Of a DNA stretch of 64,000 bases, positions 38,679 to 53,019 are shown piece by piece (position 1 is the first letter of the stretch; each line of letters opens with the position of its first letter). The notes beneath the pieces are model-generated. The model searched no databases. It saw only the letters and a list, made by a program, of their open reading frames with translations, and was not told the DNA's origin. The stretch covers positions 364,498,001 through 364,562,000 of the forward strand of contig OZ024741.1 in the NCBI GenBank assembly GCA_964016885.1, read 5' to 3'. This DNA is from Eledone cirrhosa (lineage: Eukaryota). A program made the position numbers and the translations under genes.

Positions 38679-39837
38679 ATGTATATATATTATTGATTTC
38701 TGTTGTGATTGTGACCTTCTAATTAAATAGCCCATTAGTTAATGAATAATTTTAAGGAATTACTAAAACGTTTGTTTCATTACTAATATAATAACTTATG
38801 TTTCTTATATAAAATTATATTTGAAGATTCTGATTAAACAGGAATCCTTTGAAATGGGTATTTTTGTTTCAAAGAACCAGAGCTGGTTTTGGATAGGTTG
38901 GTATCGAAAGGGTTAAGGAACAAAATATAGTAGAAATATTATGAAACGGAAATACATGGTTTTAGATTCTTTTTTATGGTTCTGTAGTTACTTTAGTTCA
39001 ATAGGTTTTCGTCATTAAGAATTTGAAAGCATTAGCGCCCCTTCCCCATTAAAGTTAGTGTTTCAATATTTTTAATGTTAAGAAGTTGTTTATATTTTCG
39101 TATGTACAATGAATTGAAATGAAGTGATAGGCTATTCATTAAAACAATAAGTTTTAAGCGCCTAAATATTTTAAAATAATGATAAAAATGTAAGGCTGGT
39201 GACATGACAAAAAGCACCCAGTCCATCCTGTTAAACGGTCATTTTGGTGCCATGATAAAAAGCACTCGGTAGCTGGCATTAGGAAGGGCATTCAAGCTAA
39301 AATACTGTGTGAGCAAGTTATGATCTCCAGACTTGACATGATAACCCATCTAACCTATGCATGCATGGAAAACAGACATTAAATGATGCTGATGATATGC
39401 ATATGTACATATGTATGTATGTATAAGTAGGGAATAGTTTTCCTTTCAAATGTTATTTTGTAAATCCAACTGTGGTCCAGTTTGATCAATTTTATTTTGT
39501 ATTTCTTTATTAATTCTTTAGGCTTAGTTTGGGACAGTAGCAATCTTAAATGTATGTGTGTATTAACGTTTTGAAGCCTTCACAGGATCAGAATGAATAT
39601 ACTAGTGGTGTATTGGTCATATGCTTATCAGTAGTCATAAAGGATCGTGGGAGTGGTAGATCATCGACACCTGATTTTAAATTTATCTACAGTTTAAACA
39701 TGACAAGTGCAAAAAAAAAAAAAATAGTTTTGCATATGCTGTATCTGTGTGTTAATTTTTGTTTTATATTCTGATAGCACATACATACAAACATAGATAC
39801 ATACATCTATCATGATCATGTCCCTTATCATTGTTAG

Positions 39838-39849
39838 TCCTCATTTTAG
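39838..39849 (+). CDS. Candidate 12-nt symmetric phase-2 microexon (PHFR), or a recursive AG|GT site at 39849/39850
   Basis: cccttatcattgttAG|TCCTCATTTTAG|GTATGT, with several TCAT motifs around it. Confidence 0.35.
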   Translation, partial: SSF

Positions 39850-40287
39850 GTATGTTTAATATGGACAAAAGTAATCTTTTTGTAAATGTTCTCAAAAGTA
39901 TCCTATTTTATACTTTTCATTTCATGAATTTCAATTACCAAAGAGCATCATTATAAGTTTTGTATTTTAGACACCTTATTTTTATTACCAGTACATATCA
40001 GTATCATCTCTCCATTTTGGAATTATTAGCTTGTTGGTTTTATTTAAGATTTTAATGATTATATTCTCCATTACCTCCTATGAAATCATGCTCATCTTCT
40101 CAATGTCAATTTATATTGTAATTCTTTTACTGGTTTCAGTCATTAGAGAGCAGCCATGCTGGGGTACTGCCTTAGAGGGAATTAGTCAATCATATCAATC
40201 CCAGTGCTTATTTTTTCAAGTATGGTGCATAATTTATAAATCTATTTCTTGAACCACAAATTATGGGACATAAAAACACACACACAC

Positions 40288-40332
<45 letters not shown>

Positions 40333-41201
40333 ATGAGCTTCTGCAGTTTCTGTCAACTGTATTTCACTCACAAGGCATTGTTCAACTCAAAGCTATAGTA
40401 GAAGACATGACTTGAATCTGAAACCGTGTGGCTGCAAAACTCTTTACTCTCACAGCCATGCCTACACCTCTAATACGTGTAATATACAAACTGAATTTTC
40501 TACATATAACTAGTCCCATTAAAGAGTAATAAAATTTTCCTAAACTATTAAAAAGGGTCGGACGCCATGCTTTCCAGCATAGTTACGTCCCTTTACGATC
40601 GGAGTTCAAATCCCGCCGAGGTTGACTTTGCCTTTCATCCTTACGGGGTCGATAAAATAAAGTACCAGTAATGCACTGGGTAATTGCTGGCCTTGTGCCT
40701 AAAGTAGAAACAACTATTAAAAGTAATTTGCTGACATTTGTTTTACTTCTAGCATTGGTTAATTATTTTCAAAGTATGTGGTGAACTTTAGAAATTACTG
40801 TTTTGTTTTAGCAAAAGTTTTAAAGAATAAGTAATGAATAAATGTCAGCACTGTTATTGTACTTACATGAGCTTCTATTAGTTTCTTTATTCCTTAATTA
40901 ATGTCAATTAATGTCATAGGTGAATTGGCAGATTCATTGGAGTGTCACATTAAATGCCTAAGTGTTTGTTCTTGTTCATTATTCTCTAAGTTCAAATACT
41001 GCTGAGGTTAACTTTGTTATGGTCGATAAAATACTAGTTCAGGAGCAACGGTTTAGAAGAATTGTTAAAGAGTTGAGTGGGATGCTTTGCCCTATCTGAT
41101 TTAGCTCTGCATATTTTGAGTTGAAATCTCATTTCCTTCAGTCAGGAGTTACAGTGAGCAGATAGTATTAGCAATGAAAAAAAACAATGAAAGCATGGTT
41201 A

Positions 41202-41370
41202 CCATATTTCCCGGCGCCGAAGATGCTTCTTCCTCGAGGACGCACCATAAATTTGACTACCAAAAATTTGAAAAAAAAATAATAAACAACCTTCGGCCTC
41301 CAGGATGCATGGTAGATTTTTGAGACTTTTTTTAGGAAAAAAGTAGTGTCTTTGACGCTGGGGAATACGG
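41202..41370. mobile_element. Tc2/pogo-like MITE inserted in a SINE tail
   Basis: TA-CC(A/G)TATT.CCC.GCG.C.AAGA TIRs, TA duplication. Confidence 0.8.
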
Positions 41371-43403
41371 TATCTTGGTCCAATCTGATCACTGGTTCCT
41401 TTCTTTTTAATGTCAACTTAATTTTTTTGTTCTTAATCATAAAAAGGTTTAGGAGGTGTCAATAAAGTTTGGTTGCCACAAGAAAATATTTCGGACATAA
41501 GGTTTTTTTCTATAGAGAGGTTAAACAATAGCCATCAGAATTTAACCATCATTTGACCACTGTATTATAGAACCTGTGTCTAAAATGTCAGATATTTGAC
41601 CCGTTTGTAACCATTTTTCATATAAAAGATTGCTTATGATTTTCAAGTAATTTTGAAATAACCAAAAAATTTGGATGGATTGAGTAATATAACTAACATT
41701 TTTATTATTAAGTTGTTGTTTGGAGCAAATCTTAACAGAGATTCATACATAAAATTATAATGGAAGTTTTTTTTTTTTATAAAACAAATACTTTTTTTTT
41801 TTATAAAACAAATACTTTTTTATTATAGAACCAGAAGCAGTTCAGACAGTTTGGTATCAAAAGCACTAAACTAAAAATTATTGATAAATACCTACTCTAT
41901 TGTATTTTATTATTATTGATGCTGTTATTTGAAAGTGTCTATATTTATCTAAAAGCTTTCCAACATGATTTTATGCAGGAACCTTTGTTAAATTTAACCA
42001 GACACAAGCAAAGTTAGTTATAATAATAAAACCCTTCAAATTCTTGATTATCTTCAAAATTATTTGAAAATCACATGAAGAAATATAGTAACGAAAACGA
42101 AAGGGTTACTATCTATTTTAAAAGTATTTAACAAGAAAATGTTCTTGTCAGTCTCTTTTATTTTTGAACATTTCCATTCCAGAATGTTTTTATATATTAT
42201 ATTTCTATAAGATTCAGAAGCATATTTAAATGTCAATTACCTTTTTAAGATCTTCTGCACAGGCTTTATTTTTTTTTATGGTTATAATTTAAGTGATAGT
42301 GAGTCTCCACTATTTCATTCTTTTTCTTTGTCCTTTTTCTTTCTCTCTCTGTTTCTATGGACCTATATACAGTCTTCCTCTAAATATATTATCTCCTTCA
42401 CTCTTGTACATATATTCTCTCATTCACTGTGTCACCATCTCTCCTTCTGAGATCTTGTCTTGTCTCTATCTGTTCTCTAAGATCAAGCTATTATATTATA
42501 ATGGCGGGTAGTGCACTTTCAGTCTATATATGTATATACACACACAGACACTCATATAACTCTTGAAAATTACTTTGGAAAATAGATGTTTATAATAATA
42601 ATAATAATAATAATAATAACCCGTATGTGAATGATAAAAACAGAAACAATTCCTATAATAACATTTTTCTACCATTTTTTAAATTCACAGTTACATTATA
42701 AAAATTTACTATGGGAATTATTGGCTTGAAATCAATATTTATTTAATTTATTAAGAATTATTTATCTAAGAAACATATCCCATGTATATACACTGTTCAC
42801 ATTTTGTGATTCATTAATAAATTGTTCATACTGATATTGCTTTTGCAGTTCAGTTAATTGATTGATATTGCATTCTGCTGTGAAGATTTTTAGAATCTTA
42901 TATCAGAGCACTGACCAAAAATTCTTGTGATATTCCTTCGAGATTTGGTTCATTGCTTTCTTCTAATTTAGAGTTTGCATCAGTAACAGCTTGACATATT
43001 TCTGATCACTGTCATTATAGCTTTCATTTCAGCTTTCTCATCGATAGACAATCTATTTACAAACTCTTTTTTTATGTTATATTATCCCTAGGTTTCTATG
43101 AAGAATTTCAACAACTACTAACTTTTAATTGTGAAAATAACCTGCAGATAATCAAATAATGATAATTAATATCTGATTAGAATCTGCAACAATGGGTATC
43201 TTTAGTTGATATTGCCATATTACCATTTTATATAATGAAAATACTTTTACTTCTTAAGTTATCGATTAGTATTTTAAAATGAAGTGTTCATTTCTTTTTT
43301 TTTTTAAATTAATTTCCATTTGATAGAAAATTATCATAGTTATCATTTTCAAAGGGAAAACTGAATTATTAAATTAATCTTCATACTGTATCTATTCTAA
43401 GTA

Positions 43404-43406
<3 letters not shown>

Positions 43407-43458
<52 letters not shown>

Positions 43459-43518
43459 ATGTATATATATATATATATATAATATAATGTATATATATAT
43501 ATATATATATATAATATA

Positions 43519-43555
<37 letters not shown>

Positions 43556-43687
43556 ATGTATATATATATATATACACATAATGTATATATATACACACAT
43601 AATGTATATATATATAATGTATATATGTATATATGTATATATATATATGTAAATGTGTGTATGTATGTATATATGTGTGTGTGTGTA

Positions 43688-43718
<31 letters not shown>

Positions 43719-43808
43719 GTATGCGTGTATATATATGTGTGTGTGTGTATGTATATATATATATATATAATATATATAGATATAAATGCATATATATACA
43801 TATACAAA

Positions 43809-43859
<51 letters not shown>

Positions 43860-43897
43860 TAGATATAAATGCATATATATACATATATAAATGTGTG

Positions 43898-43932
<35 letters not shown>

Positions 43933-44100
43933 GAGAGAGAGATAGATATAAATGCATATATATTCATATATGTGTGTGTGTGTATATATATTTATATATA
44001 GAGATATAAATGCATATATATATATACATATATAAATGTGTGTGTGGATCTATCTATCTATCTTATAGATAGATATATATACACACACACACACACACAT
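43407..44100. repeat. Compound (TA)n/(TG)n microsatellite block (similar at 357-447, 14800-15100, 17468-17557, 19958-20160 and others)
   Basis: Directly visible. Confidence 0.95.
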
Positions 44101-44103
44101 ATA

Positions 44104-44181
44104 CAGGGTGTCCCAAAAGTCAGTAGACCATTTCAAATTATAATATATATAAAATTGTCTGGTGACATTTGAGCCACCCTG
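44104..44181. mobile_element. Small Tc1/mariner-type MITE
   Basis: TA-CAGGGTG...CACCCTG-TA with imperfect TIRs of about 25 bp. Confidence 0.7.
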
Positions 44182-44290
44182 TAAATATATATATATATTT
44201 GTGTGTATATGTGTATGTGAATAATTTGTAATTATATGTTGTTTATCAATATAAAATGAAAAGTAATATTAACTTCTATTATATTTTCAG

Positions 44291-44342
44291 AGATGTTCAA
44301 GGTCAAATAGAATTAGAGTTACCAGTAGCCCAAGTAGTCCAG
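44291..44342 (+). CDS. BRSK2: BRSK/SAD-1 exon, kinase-UBA linker (DVQGQIELELPVAQVVQ), phase 2-0
   Basis: ttttcAG acceptor, CAG|GTGAGA donor. ELELP..VVQ matches the invertebrate SAD-1/sff linker as I recall it. Confidence 0.9.
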
Positions 44343-45012
44343 GTGAGAGGATATTATTTCCCAAATCTATTGTATTCTGATTTGTAATTTTTCACGAAGC
44401 AGACAGTGCTGATATAAATATATGTTGAATAAGAAAGTAAAATCTCTCCAATAATGTATTTGTTATTTTTTACTGCCATTACGAAGAACAACCAACTGTA
44501 GAAACCAAGCGAAAATGGAATGTCTGAGCAAGATATGGTCCTCAGACCTGTCTAGTTTCTGACTGGGGCAATCCATCCAACCCAAGACAGCTTGGAAAAC
44601 GAATGTTGATGAGAAAGTGGAGGAGGGGGATGTTTTAGTGAAGGCAAGAAGTGTAGTGAGCATGAGCAACTTTTCCAGATCCCTAAGACTGGTGGAAGGG
44701 AAGGAGGGAAGTAGAAAGTTATCAAATCAGTTGAAAACCTGGCTTAAATGGTTATAACAAGGGTAAGGTGGCACACATTGTAAATATTGTTGGTGTTAGG
44801 AAGGGCATCCACCCATAGAAATCTAGCCAGAAACGGTCCTATATGAGCAAGACACGGTCACCTGACCCAACCTGCCTCTAATGAGACAACCCATCTAACA
44901 CATGCTAGCATGGAAAATGGACGTTAAACGATGATGATGATATATATAGTAAAAATAAATGTGAAGACTAAAATCCGAAGAGGGCTCGATAAGGATAATA
45001 TATAGATATATA

Positions 45013-45052
<40 letters not shown>

Positions 45053-46522
45053 ACGTAGAGCAGATATTTATTATATGTACAGATTAAAGTTTAAGAATCG
45101 CTGCTTCCACCTTTTTATGTGATCTTCTGGATCTCAATATATATATATGTATATATATAGGAAAAGAGTCAGGACTCCAATGGCTGAGCTCCAGCCGTTT
45201 CAACAGCTAGATCTGAACTAACCCTGACTCTTTTCCTATTACCCACTCTATTACTGTAAGTATCATGTACTCTGGTGCATGATGGTCCACCTGGTTCCTT
45301 ACCACACTTCCTTTGTTATATATATATATAGCAAAATTTCATTTTCAGGAAAGTAGTTGTGTTAAATACAAACTTATGGTGAAAAGATTTGTTTCTTCTT
45401 GAGTCACATTATTTCAAATTTCATTTGGTTGGCTATAACTTTTCTAAAGCAAGCAAAAAAACTATACAAAAAACATTGTCTAAGTTTTGTTTTACTATTT
45501 CATCTTTGACATTATTAATCATCATTATGTAATTTAAATCTTTCTAATTTGCACGGATGAGTTTTGAGAAACCAATATATTCTGTGATTTATGCAAATTA
45601 AATGATTTAATTATACTAATTACTTTGTTACATTTTAACAAAACCAGACAAAAACCAAACCAAAACAGAGTCTATTCCCATTTGGCTGCAACTAAGGAAT
45701 AAACAAATAGATAAATAAATGAATACTGCATAGCACTAATTCTTTATTTCTCTTCTATCTCCCTTCCCCTTATATTAAGTTGTTTTCTTTTCACTGAGTA
45801 CATATGTTAAGTTTGAAATGTTTTTCTTTATTATACCAAAACTAGCAGAGAAATTAACAGCACTTATTGGTTTAAGTATAGATTTTTTAACACTCACCTC
45901 TTTTATTTTTATTATTAAATTTTTATTTTTATAGTCTTCAGGTCTGATGTTTAGAACATCAGTTTAGAACATCAGATATTTCAAAGTCTGCAAAAAAAAA
46001 AAAAAAGAAATTAACTTTTTTTTTAGAAAAAATAAAGAAGGAAGTTCTTTAACCCCACACCCAATTATAATGAATCTCAATGCAATTATATATCAATTAC
46101 ATGGATAAAGAATATGAATATCTTATAATAGCTGTATAAATTTTCAAAATAATGAAAGTAGTGTGTATTCAACAATAAAAACATTAGAGTTGCCCTGTTT
46201 TACTTTCTGAAAATGTAACCCTTTTGCTCCCAATCACTATGATTTTTAAATAACTTTGAAAATAATCTTGGATTTGAAGAGATTTAGTAATTAAATTAAC
46301 TTTCTCATTATTAAGCTGATGTTTGGAGCACAGCTTAAAGGTTTTTACCAAAATTTATAATGAAAGGTTTGTAGATAAATATAAACACTTTCAAATATAC
46401 AGCTCAGTAAAGTAGAACTTGGAGTGGTTTCCAGCAGTTTGGTATTGAAAAAGTTAATTACAAATCCTACTTAAGTAATCATTTATTAGAAATATTTATA
46501 GTCATCCATGTATATACATTAA

Positions 46523-46700
46523 CCCTTTAGTATTTACTATTATATTTTCATGGTAAAGACTTTACCTCACATAATCTATGAGATTTTGATATTATTTATT
46601 TTGAGAACAATACTTTAACATCAGTATAATCGGCCGGTTACAGCCAGTTTGAACAGTGGGAGAATTCTGGCCGGATATGGCCGGTTTAAGTGCTAAAGGG
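46523..46700. mobile_element. piggyBac-like MITE family B
   Basis: TTAA-CCCTTTAG...CTAAAGGG-TTAA. Confidence 0.85.
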
Positions 46701-48043
46701 TTAAAACAGTAACGAATAAGCAAACCATTGACACCTTTAAAACACCAGGGTTTGTTACTTTATCAAATCCCTGAAAGCTGTCATTGCTGTCTCTACCTCA
46801 GTGCAACAAAGAACTGTTACTTGCTCTTTTCAATATTTAAATCCTCTGGCATTTTTCACTTTTAAATAAATAAGTATGCTCAGGCATTGCTCAAAAATAA
46901 AGCCCAGTTTTGTCTATATATGTGGAGGCATGTGACCTAGTGGTAAGGGTGTTGGACTTATGATCATAATATCATGGGTTCAATTCCTGGGTTGGGTTGT
47001 ATGTTGTGTTCTTGAGCAAAACACTTCCTTTCACATTGCTCCAGCATACTCAGTTGAAACTGAGTACCAGCAATAGCTGGGGGTTTAACCCTGCGATGGA
47101 CTTGTGACCTGTCCAGAAGGAAGTCTTGTCCTCTCAGTCGCTTCACGCCATGAAACCGGGATAAGCTCCGGCCTAACAAGACTTCTGGCTCAAGACAGAC
47201 TTTAGATTATATTTAGATTTGTCTATATTGTAAATATAGAAATTAAGCAATGAATTTTGCCCATTCGGTTTTAATCCACACTTTATATCAATATGAACAT
47301 GGTTGGTACACAATATTCTCTATATGCCTTTCGACATGTTAAACCATCCATCAATTGGTGTAAATTTGTTATTTTACTCATTTTATTTCCAAACTTTTCT
47401 AACTCATTAATACTCTATCAATTGGAGTATTCTTTTCTTGACCATTGCTAAACCAAATCTTCAATACTGACTCATAATGACAATCTTTACCAGATCACAC
47501 TCTCTTACAATCTATGTTATCAATGTAAGATGTGTTTGTTTTTTGTTTTAATCTTACATAATAGTGGTTGTGAAATTTTTAAATGAACAACATCACAGTG
47601 TTAACTTATTTTAGGCAACTTATAATGGCACTTCAATATTTTTATTTAATTTTATTTCATCTATATATTTATTTATTTTTTGTAGACACAAATCTTTTCA
47701 TTTCATATTCACATCAATGATCATGAAAATGGCTGTTTTAATAATTGTCTTTAGCCACTTTTATTCCACAGAAGATAACATAAATTAAGATTGCATGGAT
47801 TAATCAACAGATAAAGTGTCTTGCTCAAGGACACAAAGCATCACCCGGTCTGAGAATCAAACTCACAATCTCTCAATTACAAGCCCAATGCTCTATCCAC
47901 TAAGCCATGCGCCTTCACAGTCTGCGACTGTGACAACCAGCGTGAAAGGTGGATGTTAAATAATTATAATGACTTCTTCAATAAATGCTTGAACTAAACT
48001 GAACTGAAGTGCTGAATATGAGAGAGAGAGAGGGAGAGAGAGA

Positions 48044-48074
<31 letters not shown>

Positions 48075-49515
48075 TTATATAGGGAACAGATTGTCTTTCA
48101 AATATTGAAGACACTGCTGTGTTTAAGCTTAATCTTTTTTATTAAATATTTTTCATATTTCTCCTTTATGCTTGGTTTAGAACAATAATATTACTAAGTC
48201 CATTAACATTTTATGACCTTCTTGGTAACATCTTCAGAATGAAGTGATGATAATGGTGCATTGTAATTGTGTTTTGTAGTAAACAGCAAGGGATCACGGG
48301 AATGATGTTTTAACTGATAAAATCATCATTGTCAGATTTAATATTGTTTAACGATTAACTTTAGGTTGTATTCATAGTTGATTTCATGTGTGCTATATCT
48401 ATCTATTGATTTTTGGTTCATATTTTGCTACTAATAAAGCTTCTATAGTTAATCTAGTTTTATTTTTTTCTAGAATTGTATATAGGATGCTATTGTTACC
48501 AACTAATAGCTTTCTATATAGTCTTGTTTTGTGTACTCTATTATATATAATGTGCTGTAATAGCTCCTTGTTAGTGTATGGTCACCCTAACACAGCCATG
48601 TTTTCAATACACACACACACACATATACACACACAAATCATCATCATCTTCATCATTTTTGCATCTGCATTTTCATGCTCACATGGGTTGGACAAGTTCT
48701 CTCAGTATAGCATTACTCCACTTGGTTCTTTTCTTTGTTATCTCTTTTGTACCTGACATTGGTTTGAACATTCTTTGGTATCTGTGCTTTGGATTTGAGA
48801 AAAGTGTAATTGCTTGATGATGGCCAGGGGGTTCTACATATGGCTAAGAGTTTTGATACAGCAACTCCACTACCAGGCACAGCACTATCATCATATACAG
48901 AATTAGGGTTTATGGAGTAGGTTGTCTTTCATAGTTTCAGTATCTTTTTTTTTTTTTTCTTGCTGGATATCCATCTTATCACCAATGACTTTACAGTGTT
49001 GACTATGTAGATTTTATCATGCCATAAGCACTAGAGAGGTCATTCATCAGGGCACATATATGAACAAACATATGTACACTCACACACACAAACACGCATA
49101 CACATGCACATTAATTCAAAGCAGGTGATTCATCCATCATACTCAGAATTCCTTGCTGCATGTGGATCTTGAGGAGTTCAAGAATGTAAAATACAGATCA
49201 TATTGTATTATTTGTTTTTAATTGGCGAGCATGGGAGAATGATCACTGGCACGCAGAGCCCTAGGCACAAGCCACCTCATGGTCCCAGCAGACTGGAGAA
49301 AGTGACATAGATATCTTGAAATAGCCATTCCATCTTGCAAGGCTCATTCCTACCCAGATAGTGGTCAGTAGGGAGGTGGTACAGGGACCAAGTACATATT
49401 CCATGACAAATTCAATGATTATTTAATTATGTTTTCAAAAAGTTGAAAAATTTTTCACTATTCAGAAATATCACTTGTTTCTTATAAATATCTTACTTTC
49501 TATTTTGGTCCTCAG

Positions 49516-49628
49516 ACTTCCATTATTCCCTCCGTAGAAGATCTAGACCCCGATGTTTTGTCAACTATGAATTCTTTACAGTGTTTTAAGGATAAAGAAA
49601 AACTTGTACAGGAATTATTAAGCTCAAA
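49516..49628 (+). CDS. BRSK2: BRSK/SAD-1 exon, UBA domain N-part (TSIIPSVEDLDPDVLSTMNSLQCFKDKEKLVQELLSS), phase 0-2
   Basis: cctcAG acceptor, AA|GTAAGT donor. DPDVL..M.SL.CFKD is the BRSK UBA signature. Confidence 0.95.
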
Positions 49629-49637
49629 GTAAGTAAT

Positions 49638-49849
49638 CATTTCTTATATAGGCACAAGGCCAGCAATTTTGGGGGAGGGGAAAGTCGATTAAATCGACCC
49701 CAGTGCGTGACTGGTACTTTATTTTATTGACCCCGTAAGGATGAAAGGCAAAATTAACCTTGGTGGGATTTGAACTCAGATCATAAAGGGCCGTAACTCT
49801 ATGCTGCAAAGCATGGCGTCAGACCCTCTACCGATACTGCCAATCCACT
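49638..49849 (-). mobile_element. Full-length SINE inserted 9 nt into an intron; TSD spans the splice donor
   Basis: 16-bp direct repeat gctcaaagtaagtaat at 49622-49637 and 49850-49865. Confidence 0.9.
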
Positions 49850-50166
49850 GCTCAAAGTAAGTAATGCCATCTATCACCTTTAATGTGTTCTTACTATTTG
49901 TGCTGTAAAATAAGTTATGTATATTGAATTTATTTGTCTTAAAATATCTTACCCGTTGTATTGGGTTGTCAAGATGGCCATGGCTCCAATGCGACAGAGA
50001 ATTAAAATGCAGTGAATCAATGATTCTATTTTATCCTTTTTTTTACCATTTTACTAATAAAAAAAGACTGCCTATAATTTTTAATCAATCTTGAAAATAA
50101 TCAAGATTTTAGAGAGATTTAGTAACTAACATTTCAATTTTTAAGCTGGTGTTTGGAACAACTTAA

Positions 50167-50386
50167 CCCTTTAGCATTTACATTACTCTATATTTACTAT
50201 AGTATTTTCACAGTAAAGGCTTTATCTTACATAATTATCTCACATAATATTAAATCTACGAGATTTTGATATTATTTTTTTGAGAACAATACCTTAACAT
50301 CAGTATGAACAGACAGTTATGGCTGGTTTGAACAGAAAGAGGTGAGAGAATTCTGGCCGGATATGGCCGGTTTAAATGCTAAAGGG
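50167..50386. mobile_element. piggyBac-like MITE family B nested in a TTAA of a family A copy
   Basis: TTAA-CCCTTTAGCATTTA...TAAATGCTAAAGGG-TTAA, with family A sequence on both sides. Confidence 0.9.
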
Positions 50387-52130
50387 TTAACAAAGATTCA
50401 TATGACAGAAGGTTGCTATAAGAAGGGATAAATAAATCCTTGTGACCTTCTGATTGGATAAGAAAGTGTAATATTTTCCTGGGGCTATCTATACTCCTAT
50501 CAGCCACCTTTGGTATATTTTAATAATCAATTTCATTCCAACATTATTTCATTTATATTTGCTGCTTATAATTCCCAAATGCATTTCTTTGCTTCTTTCA
50601 TTCATAATTTACCTTCTTATAATATTTCATTTTTTCTGTAGGATTTCTGCCACTAAAATGTATGATTCTTTATATATTCTTTTACTGTTTTCAATCATGG
50701 AACTGCAACCATGCTGGTGTACCACCTTCAAGTGTTTTAGCTGATTACCATATATATTTTTGTATAAATCACATCCTTTTTCCAAAAATACAAAACAAAA
50801 ACCAACATGAGACTTACCTACTAGTCTAACTTATACAGGAGTATATATGGTATATTAAACATATTGCATTATTTTATTGATTTCATAGGTGATGAAAGGC
50901 AAGAATCTGCCTTCATATAAAGGGAGATAAATTCTTCTTTTAATGCTGCATTATGTCTGGTGGTCTGCTAATATGCAATGAACAGTATGTATGTGTAGCA
51001 TGTCTGTATGTATGTATATATGTTGTGAAGACTGCAATCCTCACGTATGTATGTCATTATCATTCATCAACATATTTTTCATACACAGAGTTTCATTAGT
51101 AAAGTATTACACCAAATGCTTTCCTAGGGACCACTACACAGAGGTGAGGTTGGCTCAGTTCCCAGAAATAAATTAGATGTAATACACTGATTCTGTTAAT
51201 TACATTCTGATACATACACATATACTGAGGCATAGAAAACAATATCTTCTTATACCAAAAACAAATTTGGTGAAAGGCTTATTCATATTCAGTGCAAGCT
51301 TGACTGGCTAGTTGGGACTCTGGATAGTTTCTGCCTACCAAATTTAGTTCATAAATTTTTAGTTGATTTGGAGCTATGATAAAAAGACACTTGCACAAAT
51401 TGTCAAAATTGTTTAAAATTTTGGCAGCTCACACGCATGCACACATGCACACACTCTCTCTCGTGCAATATTTCCATTTAATAACTTTTACTCATCAGCT
51501 ATTGGCCAACCTAAGTTTACAGTAGAAGACACTTTGCTCAAGGTGCTTTGTCATAGGATCAAATCCAGAACCACATGGTTGTGAAACAAACTTCTTAAAC
51601 AGTACAGCTATTCTTGCATCTAATGCATGTTTTTTCTTCTTAAAATAGACACATGAGCTAAATATAAATAGGTTTAAAAGATGTTAAAAAAAGAACCGTC
51701 CTGGTTTCAAAGAAACATATTTCATAGAATGGACTTCTGTCAGTTTCAATGATAAGTGTTTCAGTTGTTTGATCAACAGAACAGCTTGCTCGGGAAATTA
51801 ACATCCCACAGGCACATGCACCCTTAATATAATTCTCAGGGAGATGCACTGTGACACAATGTGTGTATGACACAGCAGACCCTTTAAATTACAAGTACTT
51901 TCCACTCAACAGACTTCCAAACAGTTTCTGTAACCTATCCAATTTCATTCACAAGACTTCTGGTCAACCTGAAACTATGGTAAACAATACTTTTTCAAGG
52001 TGCCACATATTGGGATCAAAGAGTGGGACTTCATGATTGTGAAGTGATGTTTTCAACTGTTCAATGGGTATGCCAACTAAATAAAACTGTTATTTAAAGT
52101 TTAAATGTTCTTTTTTTTTCTTTCCTCTAG

Positions 52131-52231
52131 ACACAATACGGAGAAAGTTGTATATTTTTTGCTGTTAGATAGAAAACTAAGAAATCCTAGTATAGAAGAT
52201 GACATTGAAATAAGAAGTCGGAATGATGCAG
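52131..52231 (+). CDS. BRSK2: BRSK/SAD-1 exon, UBA C-part (HNTEKVVYFLLLDRKLRNPSIEDDIEIRSRNDA), phase 2-1
   Basis: Long pyrimidine tract + TAG, CAG|GTAAAT donor, EK..YFLLLDRK motif. Confidence 0.95.
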
Positions 52232-52623
52232 GTAAATAGTATTGCTTTATTGTTCCTTTGTACTACATGTTATATCATTTATTGATCATCATCATCATGT
52301 TTACATCCTATTTTCCATACTGTTGGACACTGTTTTTTGAAGCATTGTTTCATGATTAGATGCCCTTCATGGAACCAATGTGATCTCTTAAAACATAATA
52401 TTTTAGTTTATGATGAATTGTGAAGACACTCACTACCCTGTATAGTGGTTGGTGATAGGAATGGCATTCTGCTTTAGAAATCATGCCAAAAATATGTCTA
52501 TAAGCATGTTACCTCAGCTACTTCTTTCTTTGGTCCATATGGAAAGACAGTAGCCTTGATTAAGTTCTGACTTTTCCTGTGGTAAACCATCCATCTCATG
52601 GAAGTATGGTAAATGAACATTAA

Positions 52624-52875
52624 TCCTTTCGTCACTATATTTATAATGAAAGACATTATCTATAATATTTAGATAGTGTGAAAAATAATCAAGTATTTGA
52701 AGTGATTTAGTAATATAATTAACTTTCTCATTATTAAGCTGATGTTTGAAACATGACTTAAAGGTTCTTACAAAGAATTATGATGGAAGGTTTTTAAATC
52801 AATACACCCACTATAAAACAAACAGTTTTGTATCATAGAAACATGATGGTTTCAGACAGTTTAGTATTGAAAGGG
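52624..52875. mobile_element. piggyBac-like MITE family A, about 250 bp (roughly 15 full or partial copies in the window)
   Basis: TTAA flanks and CCTTT/AAAGGG termini. Internal gaaaataatcaag...gatttagtaatataactaactttctcattattaagctg recurs at about 18780, 26640, 30525, 34330, 41600, 46220, 55860, 58070, 61405 and 63870. Confidence 0.85.
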
Positions 52876-53019
52876 TTAAATGATGATATTAAATAACTAG
52901 AAAACCACTTATCTCAAGCTGCCTAATTTGATATGATTTCATGTATGCATTTAAACTTGTTTTATATTTTGATGCATGAATTTGGGATATTTTATGATTG
53001 GTTTGTAAATATTTTCCAG

